Shown one piece after another: positions 45,071-53,385 of a stretch of 64,000 nucleotides of DNA (position 1 is the stretch's first letter; each line of letters begins with the position of its first letter). Below the pieces are notes generated by a model. The model did no database searches. It was not told the origin of the DNA and saw only the letters and a list, made by a program, of their open reading frames with translations. This DNA is from an uncultured Eubacteriales bacterium (GTDB lineage Bacteria > Bacillota > Clostridia > Christensenellales > Aristaeellaceae), in the NCBI GenBank assembly GCA_902800625.1, contig CADCFG010000004.1:52816-116815 (forward strand), in the 5' to 3' direction. Made by a program: the position numbers and the translations under genes.

Positions 45071-45853
45071 TTGGCTGCTAAGGGCAGACCGGCGCGCGGC
45101 AAGGCCCCCAAGAAGGGCATTGGCGGGCACATGCCGGTGAAGCGGTCGATCAACCTGGTGTTGGTCGATGAAAACAAAATAAACCCCGTCAAGGCGGCGC
45201 TGGGCATCATCCTGATCGTCGCGCTGGCGTTTGCGTTCGGCAAATTCCTGGTGGCGGATCGCCTCGTGGCCATGTCCCAGGCCTCAGGCCGGGTCAACCA
45301 GCTGCAAAAGACGCTGGACGACACGCTGGCGGCCATCGAGGGCTTCGGCGAGGTGGAGGCCACCTATGCCCACTATACCTATGACGACATGAACGCGGAG
45401 GAGACGGGCCTGGTGGGTCGCGCCGAAGTGGTGAACCTGGTCAGCACCATCATCAAGGAGCAGGACAACCTGTTCGACATGAAGGCCTATGCCCCGCGGC
45501 TGAACAACCTGGTGGAGGAGTTGTCCTCCGGCGGCAATCCCTATCTGTCGCTGAGTGAGTTCCGCCAGAAGGTTTCCGCCCTGGGCTCGGAGATCGTGGC
45601 CTATCGCGAGCAGGTGCTCTCCTGGAACGTGCAGGGCAACGTGCTGCAGGTGGAGCTGACCGGCAAGACGCTGGAAAACCTGAACAAGCTGGCCCGCAAG
45701 GTGGAGGAGAGCCCCCTGGTGGACACCTGCAGCCTGACCACCGCCAACAAGGACTCCAAGGCCCGCGCGCTGACTTCTCTGGAATCCGGCGTGCGCGGCA
45801 AGTTCGTGATCTATCTGGTTCAGCCCGTGGAAGAGGAGGTGGCGGAGCAATGA
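45071..45853 (+). CDS. pilN: PilN-like bitopic pilus assembly protein
   Basis: 260 aa from TTG (GGAGG RBS). Single TM (AALGIILIVALAFAFGKFLV) followed by a coiled coil. Position after pilM. Assignment is by context and topology. Confidence 0.6.
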   Translation: MAAKGRPARGKAPKKGIGGHMPVKRSINLVLVDENKINPVKAALGIILIVALAFAFGKFLVADRLVAMSQASGRVNQLQKTLDDTLAAIEGFGEVEATYAHYTYDDMNAEETGLVGRAEVVNLVSTIIKEQDNLFDMKAYAPRLNNLVEELSSGGNPYLSLSEFRQKVSALGSEIVAYREQVLSWNVQGNVLQVELTGKTLENLNKLARKVEESPLVDTCSLTTANKDSKARALTSLESGVRGKFVIYLVQPVEEEVAEQ

Positions 45854-46437
45854 AGCTGTTCAGCCGAGACTTTTCCACCACTGAAAAGGTGCTGATCGTG
45901 ATCCTGGCGCTGATCCTGCTGGCGCTGGTCTACTATCAATTCGTGGACAAGACAGTGCGCAGCACCATCCAGAACGCCCAGTCCGAGGCCCAGATGCTGG
46001 AGACGGAGATCGACGCCGCCCAGATGCGAGCCGCGCGCCTGCGGTCGCTGAAAAACTCCATGGACGAGATGGAAGCCCAGGGCAAGCTGTCCTGGATGGC
46101 CAGCTACAACAACAGCAAGCCGGAGGTGCGCTTTTTGAACGACCTGCTGGCCGACACGCTGAGCTACTCCATCGACTTCGCCGACGTCACCCGCACCGGC
46201 AACCAGATCCGCCGCAGCTTCAAGCTGAGGTACCAGACCGGCGGCTTCCGCAAGGCGAGGGAGATCGTCGAGGACCTGCTCAAGAGCGAGAACCGCTGCC
46301 TGATCAGCGACGTGAAATGCACCATCGAGACCTCCGGCACCACCACCGTGGAGGCCAACGCCACCTTCTACGAGACCATGGTGGGCGGCGTGGCCGACGC
46401 TGGCCTGCCGACCGATTCCGCCGCGGTGAACAACTGA
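45850..46437 (+). CDS. pilO: PilO-like bitopic pilus assembly protein
   Basis: 195 aa. ATGA overlap with the previous gene. TM (VLIVILALILLALVYY), coiled coil, then a globular C-terminus. Assignment is by context and topology. Confidence 0.6.
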   Translation: MKLFSRDFSTTEKVLIVILALILLALVYYQFVDKTVRSTIQNAQSEAQMLETEIDAAQMRAARLRSLKNSMDEMEAQGKLSWMASYNNSKPEVRFLNDLLADTLSYSIDFADVTRTGNQIRRSFKLRYQTGGFRKAREIVEDLLKSENRCLISDVKCTIETSGTTTVEANATFYETMVGGVADAGLPTDSAAVNN

Positions 46438-46454
46438 CGGACGGCACAGAGACG

Positions 46455-46491
46455 AACCGCCATTCCTCCAAACGGGGGATGGCGGTTTTTT
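46455..46491 (+). terminator. Rho-independent terminator closing the pil locus
   Basis: AACCGCCAT-loop-ATGGCGGTT followed by TTTTTT. Confidence 0.7.
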
Positions 46492-46509
46492 CGCGCACGC
46501 AAGTAATGT

Positions 46510-46538
46510 TTGCACCCAAAGCCCACTTGTGCTATAAT
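46510..46538 (+). promoter_or_regulatory. Candidate promoter of the MATE gene
   Basis: TTGCAC (46510-46515), 17 nt ending in TGC, TATAAT (46533-46538). Confidence 0.45.
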
Positions 46539-46565
46539 GGTTTGGATGCACTACCGAGGGAGGCG

Positions 46566-47954
46566 ATGGGCTTGCGGGCAAAGGACGGACGGCGGACGCT
46601 GTGGGTCGTGCTGGCGCTGGCCTGGCCCACGATGCTGGAGCAGCTGCTGCAGGTGGCGGCCCAGTACGTGGATTCCGCCATGGTGGGCCGCCTCGGCGCG
46701 GCGGCCACGGCCTCGGTGGGCGCGACGGTGACCATCAACTGGATGGTGGGCAGCACGCTCTCCGCGCTGGGCATCGGCTTCCTGGCCTATATCGCCCGGG
46801 AATATGGCGCGGGCAGGTTTGAAAACGCCTCCCGGGCCGTGGCCCAGTCCGTGTCGGCGGCGCTGATCGCCGGCCTGGGCTTCACCGCGCTGACCCTGGG
46901 TCTGAGCCAGTACATCCCCGGCTGGATGAACGCCGCCGAGGACATCCGCGAGACCGCCTCCCGCTACTTCTTCATCATCTACACGCCCATGCTGCTGCGC
47001 GCCGCCACGGTCATATTCGGCACGGTGCTGCGCGCTTCCGGCGACACCCGCACGCCCATGAAGGTGAACATGCTGGTGAACGGCGTGAACGTGGTGCTGA
47101 ACTACCTGCTGATCTACGAGACCCGGGACGTGACCCTGCTGGGCCTGACGGTGCGCATGCCCGGCGCGGGGCTGGGCGTGATCGGCGCGGCCATCGGCAC
47201 GGCGGCGGGCTTTGCCGTGGGCGGCGTGGCCATGACGCTGGCGCTGTGGCGGCACCCGCGCATATCGCCGAAGGGACAGAGCCTGAAGCCGGACTGGACG
47301 ATATTGAAGCCCTGCCTGAAGGTGGCCCTGCCGGCGGCGCTGCAGCGCTTCGGCACGTCCTTCGGCTACGTGGCCTTCGCCTCGGTGATCAATTCCCTGG
47401 GCACGGTGGCCACCGCCGCCCACTCCATCGCCAACACCGCCGAATCCGCGTTCTACATCCCCGCCTACGGCATCCAGACTGCCGCGGCCACCCTGTCCGG
47501 CAACGCTGGGGGCATGCGGGACCAGAAGTACATGAAGGCCATCACCCGCACGCTGCTGATCCTGGAGCCGACGCTGATGGCCGTCTCCGGCGCGACGCTG
47601 TTCATACTCGCGCCGAGGATGATGGCCATGTTCACCCCCGACCAACAGGTCATCCGCCTGGGCAGCACGGTGCTGCGCATGGTGGCGGTCACCGAGCCGC
47701 TGTACGGCATTGCCGTGGTGCTGGAGGGCATATTCATGGGCGTGGGCGACACGATGTATGCCTTCGTGTGCAACATCGTGGGCATGTGGGGCCTGCGGGT
47801 GCTGGGCACGGTCGTCCTCGTGCACGGCTTCGAACTGGGCCTCACCGCCGCCTGGGGCGCGATGATCGCACACAACATCCTGCTCTGTGCGCTGTTTGCC
47901 ATCCACTATAAGAACGGCAAGTGGAACCCGATCCTGTCGGGGGAGAAGTTTTAG
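46566..47954 (+). CDS. MATE family efflux transporter
   Basis: Start trimmed to MGLRAKDGRRTLWVVLALAWPTMLEQLLQVAAQYVDSAMVGRLG (GAGGGAGG RBS). 12-TM-like hydrophobic pattern. Confidence 0.85.
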   Translation: MGLRAKDGRRTLWVVLALAWPTMLEQLLQVAAQYVDSAMVGRLGAAATASVGATVTINWMVGSTLSALGIGFLAYIAREYGAGRFENASRAVAQSVSAALIAGLGFTALTLGLSQYIPGWMNAAEDIRETASRYFFIIYTPMLLRAATVIFGTVLRASGDTRTPMKVNMLVNGVNVVLNYLLIYETRDVTLLGLTVRMPGAGLGVIGAAIGTAAGFAVGGVAMTLALWRHPRISPKGQSLKPDWTILKPCLKVALPAALQRFGTSFGYVAFASVINSLGTVATAAHSIANTAESAFYIPAYGIQTAAATLSGNAGGMRDQKYMKAITRTLLILEPTLMAVSGATLFILAPRMMAMFTPDQQVIRLGSTVLRMVAVTEPLYGIAVVLEGIFMGVGDTMYAFVCNIVGMWGLRVLGTVVLVHGFELGLTAAWGAMIAHNILLCALFAIHYKNGKWNPILSGEKF

Positions 47955-47969
47955 CGGACAGAATACATC

Positions 47970-47999
47970 GGCCCGGACGCCAAGCGTCCGGGCCTTTAT
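47970..47999 (+). terminator. Terminator after the MATE gene
   Basis: GGCCCGGACGC-caa-GCGTCCGGGCC followed by TTTAT. Confidence 0.6.
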
Positions 48000-48017
48000 C
48001 GGATAAACCGTCATCTG

Positions 48018-48212
48018 TCAGAACCTGCCGAATCCCCGGCCGGGGCCGCCGAAGCCGCCCATCGGGGGACGGTGGGGCCCAAAGCCAAAGCCCATCGGCG
48101 GGCGGCGCCACATGCCGCCCCACATGCCCCAGGGGCGATACCACATGCCCCAGGGCCGCCACGGGCGAAGCATCGCCCGAAAGACGAAAAACATTATCAT
48201 AAGCGTGAACAT
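48018..48212 (-). CDS. Small (64 aa) membrane-anchored Trp/Gly/Pro/Arg/Met-rich peptide
   Basis: GGGAGGTGG RBS 5 nt from the ATG. Extended -10 TGCTATACT at 48236-48244. Sequence: MFTLMIMFFVFRAMLRPWRPWGMWYRPWGMWGGMWRRPPMGFGFGPHRPPMGGFGGPGRGFGRF. Confidence 0.45.
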   Translation of the reverse strand: MFTLMIMFFVFRAMLRPWRPWGMWYRPWGMWGGMWRRPPMGFGFGPHRPPMGGFGGPGRGFGRF

Positions 48213-48318
48213 GGTTCCACCTCCCTTGTGGGTTCAGTATAGCAGAAATCGCTTGAATGAAGATTGAAAACCTCCGCCGCCGCCTGCCGCGCATGCGCCC
48301 ATGTCGCGGCAGCGATTG

Positions 48319-48738
48319 TCAGCCGATATTGTCGGCCGGCAGCTGCCTGAGCACGTCCTCCACCTGGCGGCAGGCGCGCTCCAGCTGTGAGCGGGCCTCG
48401 TTGATGCGCTGCTGCACCAGGAAGTCGGCCAGGAAGCCGTCGAAGAAGAAGTCCGCGAAGGTCAGGAAGCCGTCGATGCGCACGTCCGGCAGGTTCACGT
48501 CCTTCAGCTCCCGGCAGAAGTCCTCCAGGTCGTACTGCGCCTGCTCCACATAGTGCTGGGCGTCGTCCACCTTGCTGTGCTTGATAAGGGACGAGATCAA
48601 CCCGCCGCCCAGCATGTCCATGATGCCCCAGCCCCTGGCGCTGTCCAGGGCCTTTTCCGCCCTGCGCAGGCTGTTCAGCGCCCGAATGCCGGCTGCGCGC
48701 GCCTCGCGCACCTCCCGTGCCATATCCGCGTTCATCAT
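48319..48738 (-). CDS. Hypothetical protein (139 aa)
   Basis: Start trimmed to MMNADMAREVREARAAG (AAAGGAG RBS). Helical, non-repetitive. No recognisable motif. Confidence 0.55.
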   Translation of the reverse strand: MMNADMAREVREARAAGIRALNSLRRAEKALDSARGWGIMDMLGGGLISSLIKHSKVDDAQHYVEQAQYDLEDFCRELKDVNLPDVRIDGFLTFADFFFDGFLADFLVQQRINEARSQLERACRQVEDVLRQLPADNIG

Positions 48739-48986
48739 TTGAAACACTCCTTTCGTTGCTGCCGATATAAGAAAAGACCTATATCGTGATGGCTCACAAT
48801 ATAAGTCTTGCCGTCTCACCCGCACCGGATGCCTTCGCATCGTATTGACGGTTGCGGAACCGCGCTTTCGCGTTCGGCTACTCCCTCGTATTGAGTGATT
48901 GCATTATACCACTTTGGCGGGGAAGGTCAATGCTTCGCGTACGAAAACCGCAGTTTTCCGCACGAAATGTCGCTTTGGGGGATTCA

Positions 48987-49014
48987 CGGGGCTGTCTCAA
49001 AATGAGACAGCCCC
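48987..49014. repeat. Hairpin GGGGCTGTCTC-aaaat-GAGACAGCCCC; the same stem recurs at 51455-51481
   Basis: 11-bp perfect stem, with the identical stem sequence in both copies. Confidence 0.6.
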
Positions 49015-49142
49015 TGGTTATAATTGCTGATGGCAGAAATGATTTGCGCGACGCGCATGATTTCTCGCTGCGTTCCATGATTTGCACTGGCGGTGCTGCG
49101 CCTCAAATCTCTTGTAATCTTGCGTTTCTTCCCTTCAAGGGG

Positions 49143-49178
49143 AAAACAGGGGGCAGATCGGCGAAGCCGACCTGCCCC
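49143..49178 (-). terminator. Terminator after the Big_2 protein gene
   Basis: Minus strand: GGGGCAGGTCGGC-ttc-GCCGATCTGCCCC (one mismatch) followed by CTGTTTTCC. Confidence 0.5.
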
Positions 49179-49208
49179 TTACTTGCGGGATTGGATTTCT
49201 CTTACTAC

Positions 49209-50885
49209 CTACTTGGTCGCTCCGCACGTCGAGCACTTGTGCCCGGTCACAACCTGTTCGGTATGCGTCACGGCATCGTGATGCACTACGTGGGTGACGG
49301 GGTCATGGTGAACGACGTGGGTTTTTGCCGGGACGTTGATAGTCTCAGTCCAGGCTTTCTTGTCCACGACCCACTTGTTCTCAGTCCAACCAGCCTTGTC
49401 TTCGACCCACACCTTTTCTTCGTGGGTTTCAGCAGGATGCTGGACAGTCTCGTATTCGCCTGTGAAGTAGTTCTCCCAGACGCCCTCTTCCGGATGTTCG
49501 ATCCATTCGGAGGGGTCAAGATCGACTTCGTAGGAGACAATGCTGTATCCGTCATGCCTTTTGTTGATGTCGCCATCACATGTTGGTGGATTGCCGTAAG
49601 CTTCCTCAATGAGTTCCTTGACGTCAGGCTGGTTATCCCAGAAACCATTGTAATACTGCTGTACCGTTATACATTCGTCTGAGTGATCTCCCCAACTTAC
49701 AGTTTTGAGCTCTTTAGGGTTGAACACTTTCCCGCAGTAACACCTAACTACTTCTATCAACTTCGTCTTTTCCGTCCAGGCCTCCTGGGTCACGACCCAG
49801 CGATCCTTGTAGATAGGCTCATAGTCGACCCAGGCTTCTTTGTCGGTTACGGTCTTGGTCTCGTAGTGACCTTCGGCCTTGTGCTCGACCTGCTCGTAGT
49901 GGCCCTCTTCCGGATGGTTGACGGTCTGGGTGGTGGCAGGAGTGTCCACGACGGTTTCATCCCATGCGGGGGTGTCCACGACGGTCTCGTCCCAGGCGGG
50001 GGTGTCCACTACAGTGTTGGTGGCATAGACCGGCTCCCAGGCGTGCTGGTGTTCGCTCGCGCTGACGACCTTGATCTTGACCTTTGCGGACTTCTTGCCT
50101 ACCTTGGCCGTGATCGTGACCGTGCCCTTCTTCTTGGGGGTGACGACGCCACCGTTGACCGTGGCAACCTTCTTGTTGCTGGTCTTCCATGTGACGTTGC
50201 CCACGGCGGTAGAGGGCTGGAGCGTGGCGGTGAGCGTGAGGGTCTCGTTCATCGGGAGCTTGACGGTGCCGGAGCGGTTGATGCTGATGCCCGTGGGCTT
50301 GTTCGGGTTCACCACGGTGATGGTGATGGTTGCCTTTTTCTTACCGGCGGTTACGGTGATCTTGGCCTTGCCCTCGGCCTTGGCGGTTACCAGGCCGTTG
50401 CCGTCCACGGTGACGACCTTGGTCTTGCTGGACTTCCACTTGAGAGTCGCCCTGGCAGTCGAGGGCTTGAGCGCAGCGTTAAGCTGGAGGGTACTTCCCA
50501 GGTTCAGCTTTGCGGACTTGCCGTTGGAAAGGGTCACCTTGGTGACCTTGTTCGGGTCGACCACCTTGATCTTCACCTTGGCGGTCTTCTTGCCCGCCTT
50601 GGCGGTGATGGTGGCCGTGCCGGTCTTCTTCGCGGTCACCATTCCGGTCTTGCTCACGGTGGCAATTTTCTTCGATGACGACTTCCACGTCACCTTCTTA
50701 TTCGGCGTGACCGTGGCCGTCAGCTGGAGCGTGTCGCCCTTGTTGAGCGTGACGGTGCCGGAGTGGGAGAGCGTGATGACCGTCTTGGCCTTGCCGGCCT
50801 TGGGCGCGGTCTCCGCCAGAGCGGGCACGGTCAGCGTGGCGACGGCGAGGGCCAGCGCCAGCATGAGGGCAAAGTGTTTCTTCAT
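49209..50885 (-). CDS. Secreted protein with about 5 Big_2 (bacterial Ig-like) domains and an unusual Cys/His/Trp-rich C-terminal region
   Basis: Start trimmed to MKKHFALMLALALAVATLTVPALA (GGAGGA RBS). Repeated VTLNKGDTLQLTATV.P....V.WKSS..K.ATV...G.VTAKK.G.ATITA units. C-terminus has VVDTPAWDET x3, HVVHHD x2 and CSTCG. Confidence 0.8.
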   Translation of the reverse strand: MKKHFALMLALALAVATLTVPALAETAPKAGKAKTVITLSHSGTVTLNKGDTLQLTATVTPNKKVTWKSSSKKIATVSKTGMVTAKKTGTATITAKAGKKTAKVKIKVVDPNKVTKVTLSNGKSAKLNLGSTLQLNAALKPSTARATLKWKSSKTKVVTVDGNGLVTAKAEGKAKITVTAGKKKATITITVVNPNKPTGISINRSGTVKLPMNETLTLTATLQPSTAVGNVTWKTSNKKVATVNGGVVTPKKKGTVTITAKVGKKSAKVKIKVVSASEHQHAWEPVYATNTVVDTPAWDETVVDTPAWDETVVDTPATTQTVNHPEEGHYEQVEHKAEGHYETKTVTDKEAWVDYEPIYKDRWVVTQEAWTEKTKLIEVVRCYCGKVFNPKELKTVSWGDHSDECITVQQYYNGFWDNQPDVKELIEEAYGNPPTCDGDINKRHDGYSIVSYEVDLDPSEWIEHPEEGVWENYFTGEYETVQHPAETHEEKVWVEDKAGWTENKWVVDKKAWTETINVPAKTHVVHHDPVTHVVHHDAVTHTEQVVTGHKCSTCGATK

Positions 50886-51016
50886 GGGTATTCCTCCTTC
50901 TATGTTGATGTAATTATCTCCTATCAAACATTATAAGTCATGCAGACATAAAAATCAAGTCTTTATGAGAGGTATGTTTTTATGTCCTGCAATACAATGT
51001 TTGTAGGGGTGAGACA

Positions 51017-51325
51017 ATGGATGCGGTATTTGTTCAACGGCGCATTACGGAGTTGCGGATGCAGAAGGGCATCTCGGAACTGAAAATGTCCCGTGACCTG
51101 GGCCACAGCGACGGCTATATCCATCATATCGTTGCGGGGCGTTCCATGCCGTCATTGACGGAGTTTTTTTACATCTGCGATTACCTGGATGTATCGCCCT
51201 CCGCGTTTTTCGCGGGTGACGGGGAAGGGAATCTGCTTGCGCAGATGATTACAGCCGAAATACAGGATATGCCGGAGGATGAGTTGAAGCTGTTGCTACA
51301 GCTGATACACAAGATAAAAACATGA
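51017..51325 (+). CDS. XRE-family helix-turn-helix transcriptional regulator
   Basis: 102 aa. ITELRMQKGISELKMSRDLGHSDGYIHHIVAGRSMPSLTEFFYICDYLDVSPSAFF (HTH_3 pattern). Confidence 0.8.
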   Translation: MDAVFVQRRITELRMQKGISELKMSRDLGHSDGYIHHIVAGRSMPSLTEFFYICDYLDVSPSAFFAGDGEGNLLAQMITAEIQDMPEDELKLLLQLIHKIKT

Positions 51326-51451
51326 CGCCCGCGCCGATTGACGCGGGCTTGTCGTTACAGTAGTTCCTGTTCTATTGCCTTGTCGTAGAAGTCGCCGGTC
51401 TGTTCCTGCGTGGGGTAACCAGGCCATTTCATGCGCAGTCAGGCGCAATTC

Positions 51452-51484
51452 AAAGGGGCTGTCTCATCCAGAGACAGCCCCTTT
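51452..51484. terminator. Bidirectional terminator-like hairpin between the XRE gene and the ABC operon
   Basis: AAAGGGGCTGTCTC-atcca-GAGACAGCCCCTTT, 4 nt from the ABC gene stop. Confidence 0.6.
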
Positions 51485-51487
51485 GCC

Positions 51488-53332
51488 TTACGCGCTCGCG
51501 CCCTCCTCCCAGGCCCGCTTCTCGCCCTCCTCGCGGAACTGGTTGGCGTACAGGGTGTAGTAGTAGCCCCTCTGGCCCAGCAGCTCGGCGTGGGTGCCGC
51601 GCTCGATGATCTTGCCGCCCTTGATCACCAGGATCAAATCGGCGCTGCGGATGGTGGACAGCCGGTGGGCGATGATGAAGCTGGTGCGCCCGGTCAGCGC
51701 CACGGAGATGGCGGCCTGCAGCTTCTGCTCGGTCTGGGTGTCCACGGAGGACGTGGCCTCGTCCAGCACGAATATGGCGGGCTTGGCGATCAGCGCCCGG
51801 GCGAAGGAGATCAGCTGCTTCTGGCCGGTGGACAGGCGGCTGCCGCCCTCGCCGACCTCGGAGTCGTAGCCCTTGTCCATTTTGAGGATGAAGTCCTCGG
51901 CGTCCACGGCGCGGCAGGCGGCCTCGATCTCGCGATCCGTGGCGTCCAGCCGGCCGAAGCGGATGTTTTCGCGGATGGTGCCGGAAAACAGGTGCGGCTG
52001 CTGCAGCACGTAGCCCAGGTGGGCCTGGAGCCAGAGGATGCTGCGGCTGCGGTAGTCCTCGCCATCGATGCGGATCACGCCCTTGGTGGGCTCGTAGAAG
52101 CGGCAGATCAGGTTCACGATGGTGCTCTTGCCGCTGCCGGTCTCGCCCACAAGCGCCACGGTCTGCCCGGCCTTCACCTTCAGGCTGAAGTCCTCCAGCA
52201 CCTCCTCGCCGGTGGAATAGTGGAAGGACACGTGGTCGAACTCGATGTCGCCCTTGATGTCCGGCCAGTTCTCCTTCTTGGGGCTGAAGCTGTCGCCGAA
52301 CTTCTCGATCACCTCCGGCGTGTCGAAGATCTCCGGCTCGGTCTCAAGTAAGCTCACCACGCGCTCCGCCGCGGCCTGGCTGGCCTGGAGGTCAGCGAAG
52401 ATGCGGGCGATGTTGCTCACGGGCTCGAAGATGCCGGTGGAGTACTGCACGAAGGCAGCCAGCGTGCCCACGGTGACGATGCCGCTGGCGCTGAACACCT
52501 CCGTGCCGCCCCGCTGCAGCACCAGCGCCGTGGCGATGGAGCCCAGGGAGATGACGATGGGGTAGAACAGCGCGCTGAACACCGCCGCCCGGATGGAGGA
52601 CGTGCGCATCTTGCCCGTCAGTACGGAAAACTCCTTCGCGTTGGCCTCCTCGCGCACCAGCGTCTTGCTGGTCTTGGCGCCCATGATGCCCTCGTTGAAC
52701 GCGCCGGTGATCTGGCTGTTGGTCTTGCGCACCTCCCGGTAGCTGGCCAGGATGCGCTTCTGGAACCACACCGCCGTCACGGCGATGACGGGCATCACGC
52801 TCAGCACCAGCAGCGCCATTCGCGCGTTCAGCAGCAGCATGGCGATGGCGGTGATGAGTATGTAGGCCCCGGACCAAAACAGGTCCACCAGCCCCCAGGC
52901 CACCGTCTCGCCAATGCGGCTGGTGTCGCTGGTCATGCGGGAGATGATGAAGCCCACGGGCGTCTGGTCGTAGTAGGAGAAGGACAGCTCCTCCAGCCGC
53001 TTGAAGGCAAGCTTGCGGATGTGGCGGTTGATGCCGCACTCGGCCCGGCCGCAGATCTGGCAGAACGTGAATATGCAGGCGGACTGCAGCAGCACCGTGC
53101 CGATATAGCGCGCGACGAACCAGGCCCGCCCGGCGGTCTGCCCCGAACCGATGAAGGTGTCGATGGCCTCCCGGGTCAGCAGCGGGAAGATGGTGTCGCA
53201 GAGCGCGCTGACGGCCATGGTCGCCATGATGGCGATCAGGTGTCGGTGATAGGGCTTCATATAGCCGATCACCCGGCGCCACAGCCCCGCGTCCAGCTTC
53301 CTGGTATAATCCTGTTCCTGCTGGTATTGCAT
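51488..53332 (-). CDS. ABC exporter half-transporter (TMD-NBD), consensus-site subunit
   Basis: 614 aa. 6 TM segments. Walker A GETGSGKST, Walker B IFVLDEATS (catalytic Glu present), signature LSTGQ (non-canonical). Confidence 0.9.
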   Translation of the reverse strand: MQYQQEQDYTRKLDAGLWRRVIGYMKPYHRHLIAIMATMAVSALCDTIFPLLTREAIDTFIGSGQTAGRAWFVARYIGTVLLQSACIFTFCQICGRAECGINRHIRKLAFKRLEELSFSYYDQTPVGFIISRMTSDTSRIGETVAWGLVDLFWSGAYILITAIAMLLLNARMALLVLSVMPVIAVTAVWFQKRILASYREVRKTNSQITGAFNEGIMGAKTSKTLVREEANAKEFSVLTGKMRTSSIRAAVFSALFYPIVISLGSIATALVLQRGGTEVFSASGIVTVGTLAAFVQYSTGIFEPVSNIARIFADLQASQAAAERVVSLLETEPEIFDTPEVIEKFGDSFSPKKENWPDIKGDIEFDHVSFHYSTGEEVLEDFSLKVKAGQTVALVGETGSGKSTIVNLICRFYEPTKGVIRIDGEDYRSRSILWLQAHLGYVLQQPHLFSGTIRENIRFGRLDATDREIEAACRAVDAEDFILKMDKGYDSEVGEGGSRLSTGQKQLISFARALIAKPAIFVLDEATSSVDTQTEQKLQAAISVALTGRTSFIIAHRLSTIRSADLILVIKGGKIIERGTHAELLGQRGYYYTLYANQFREEGEKRAWEEGASA

Positions 53333-53385
53333 GGGTTTTCACCTCGAATACAACATAGATAATTAGCTTCTTTCGCGTTTGAGGG

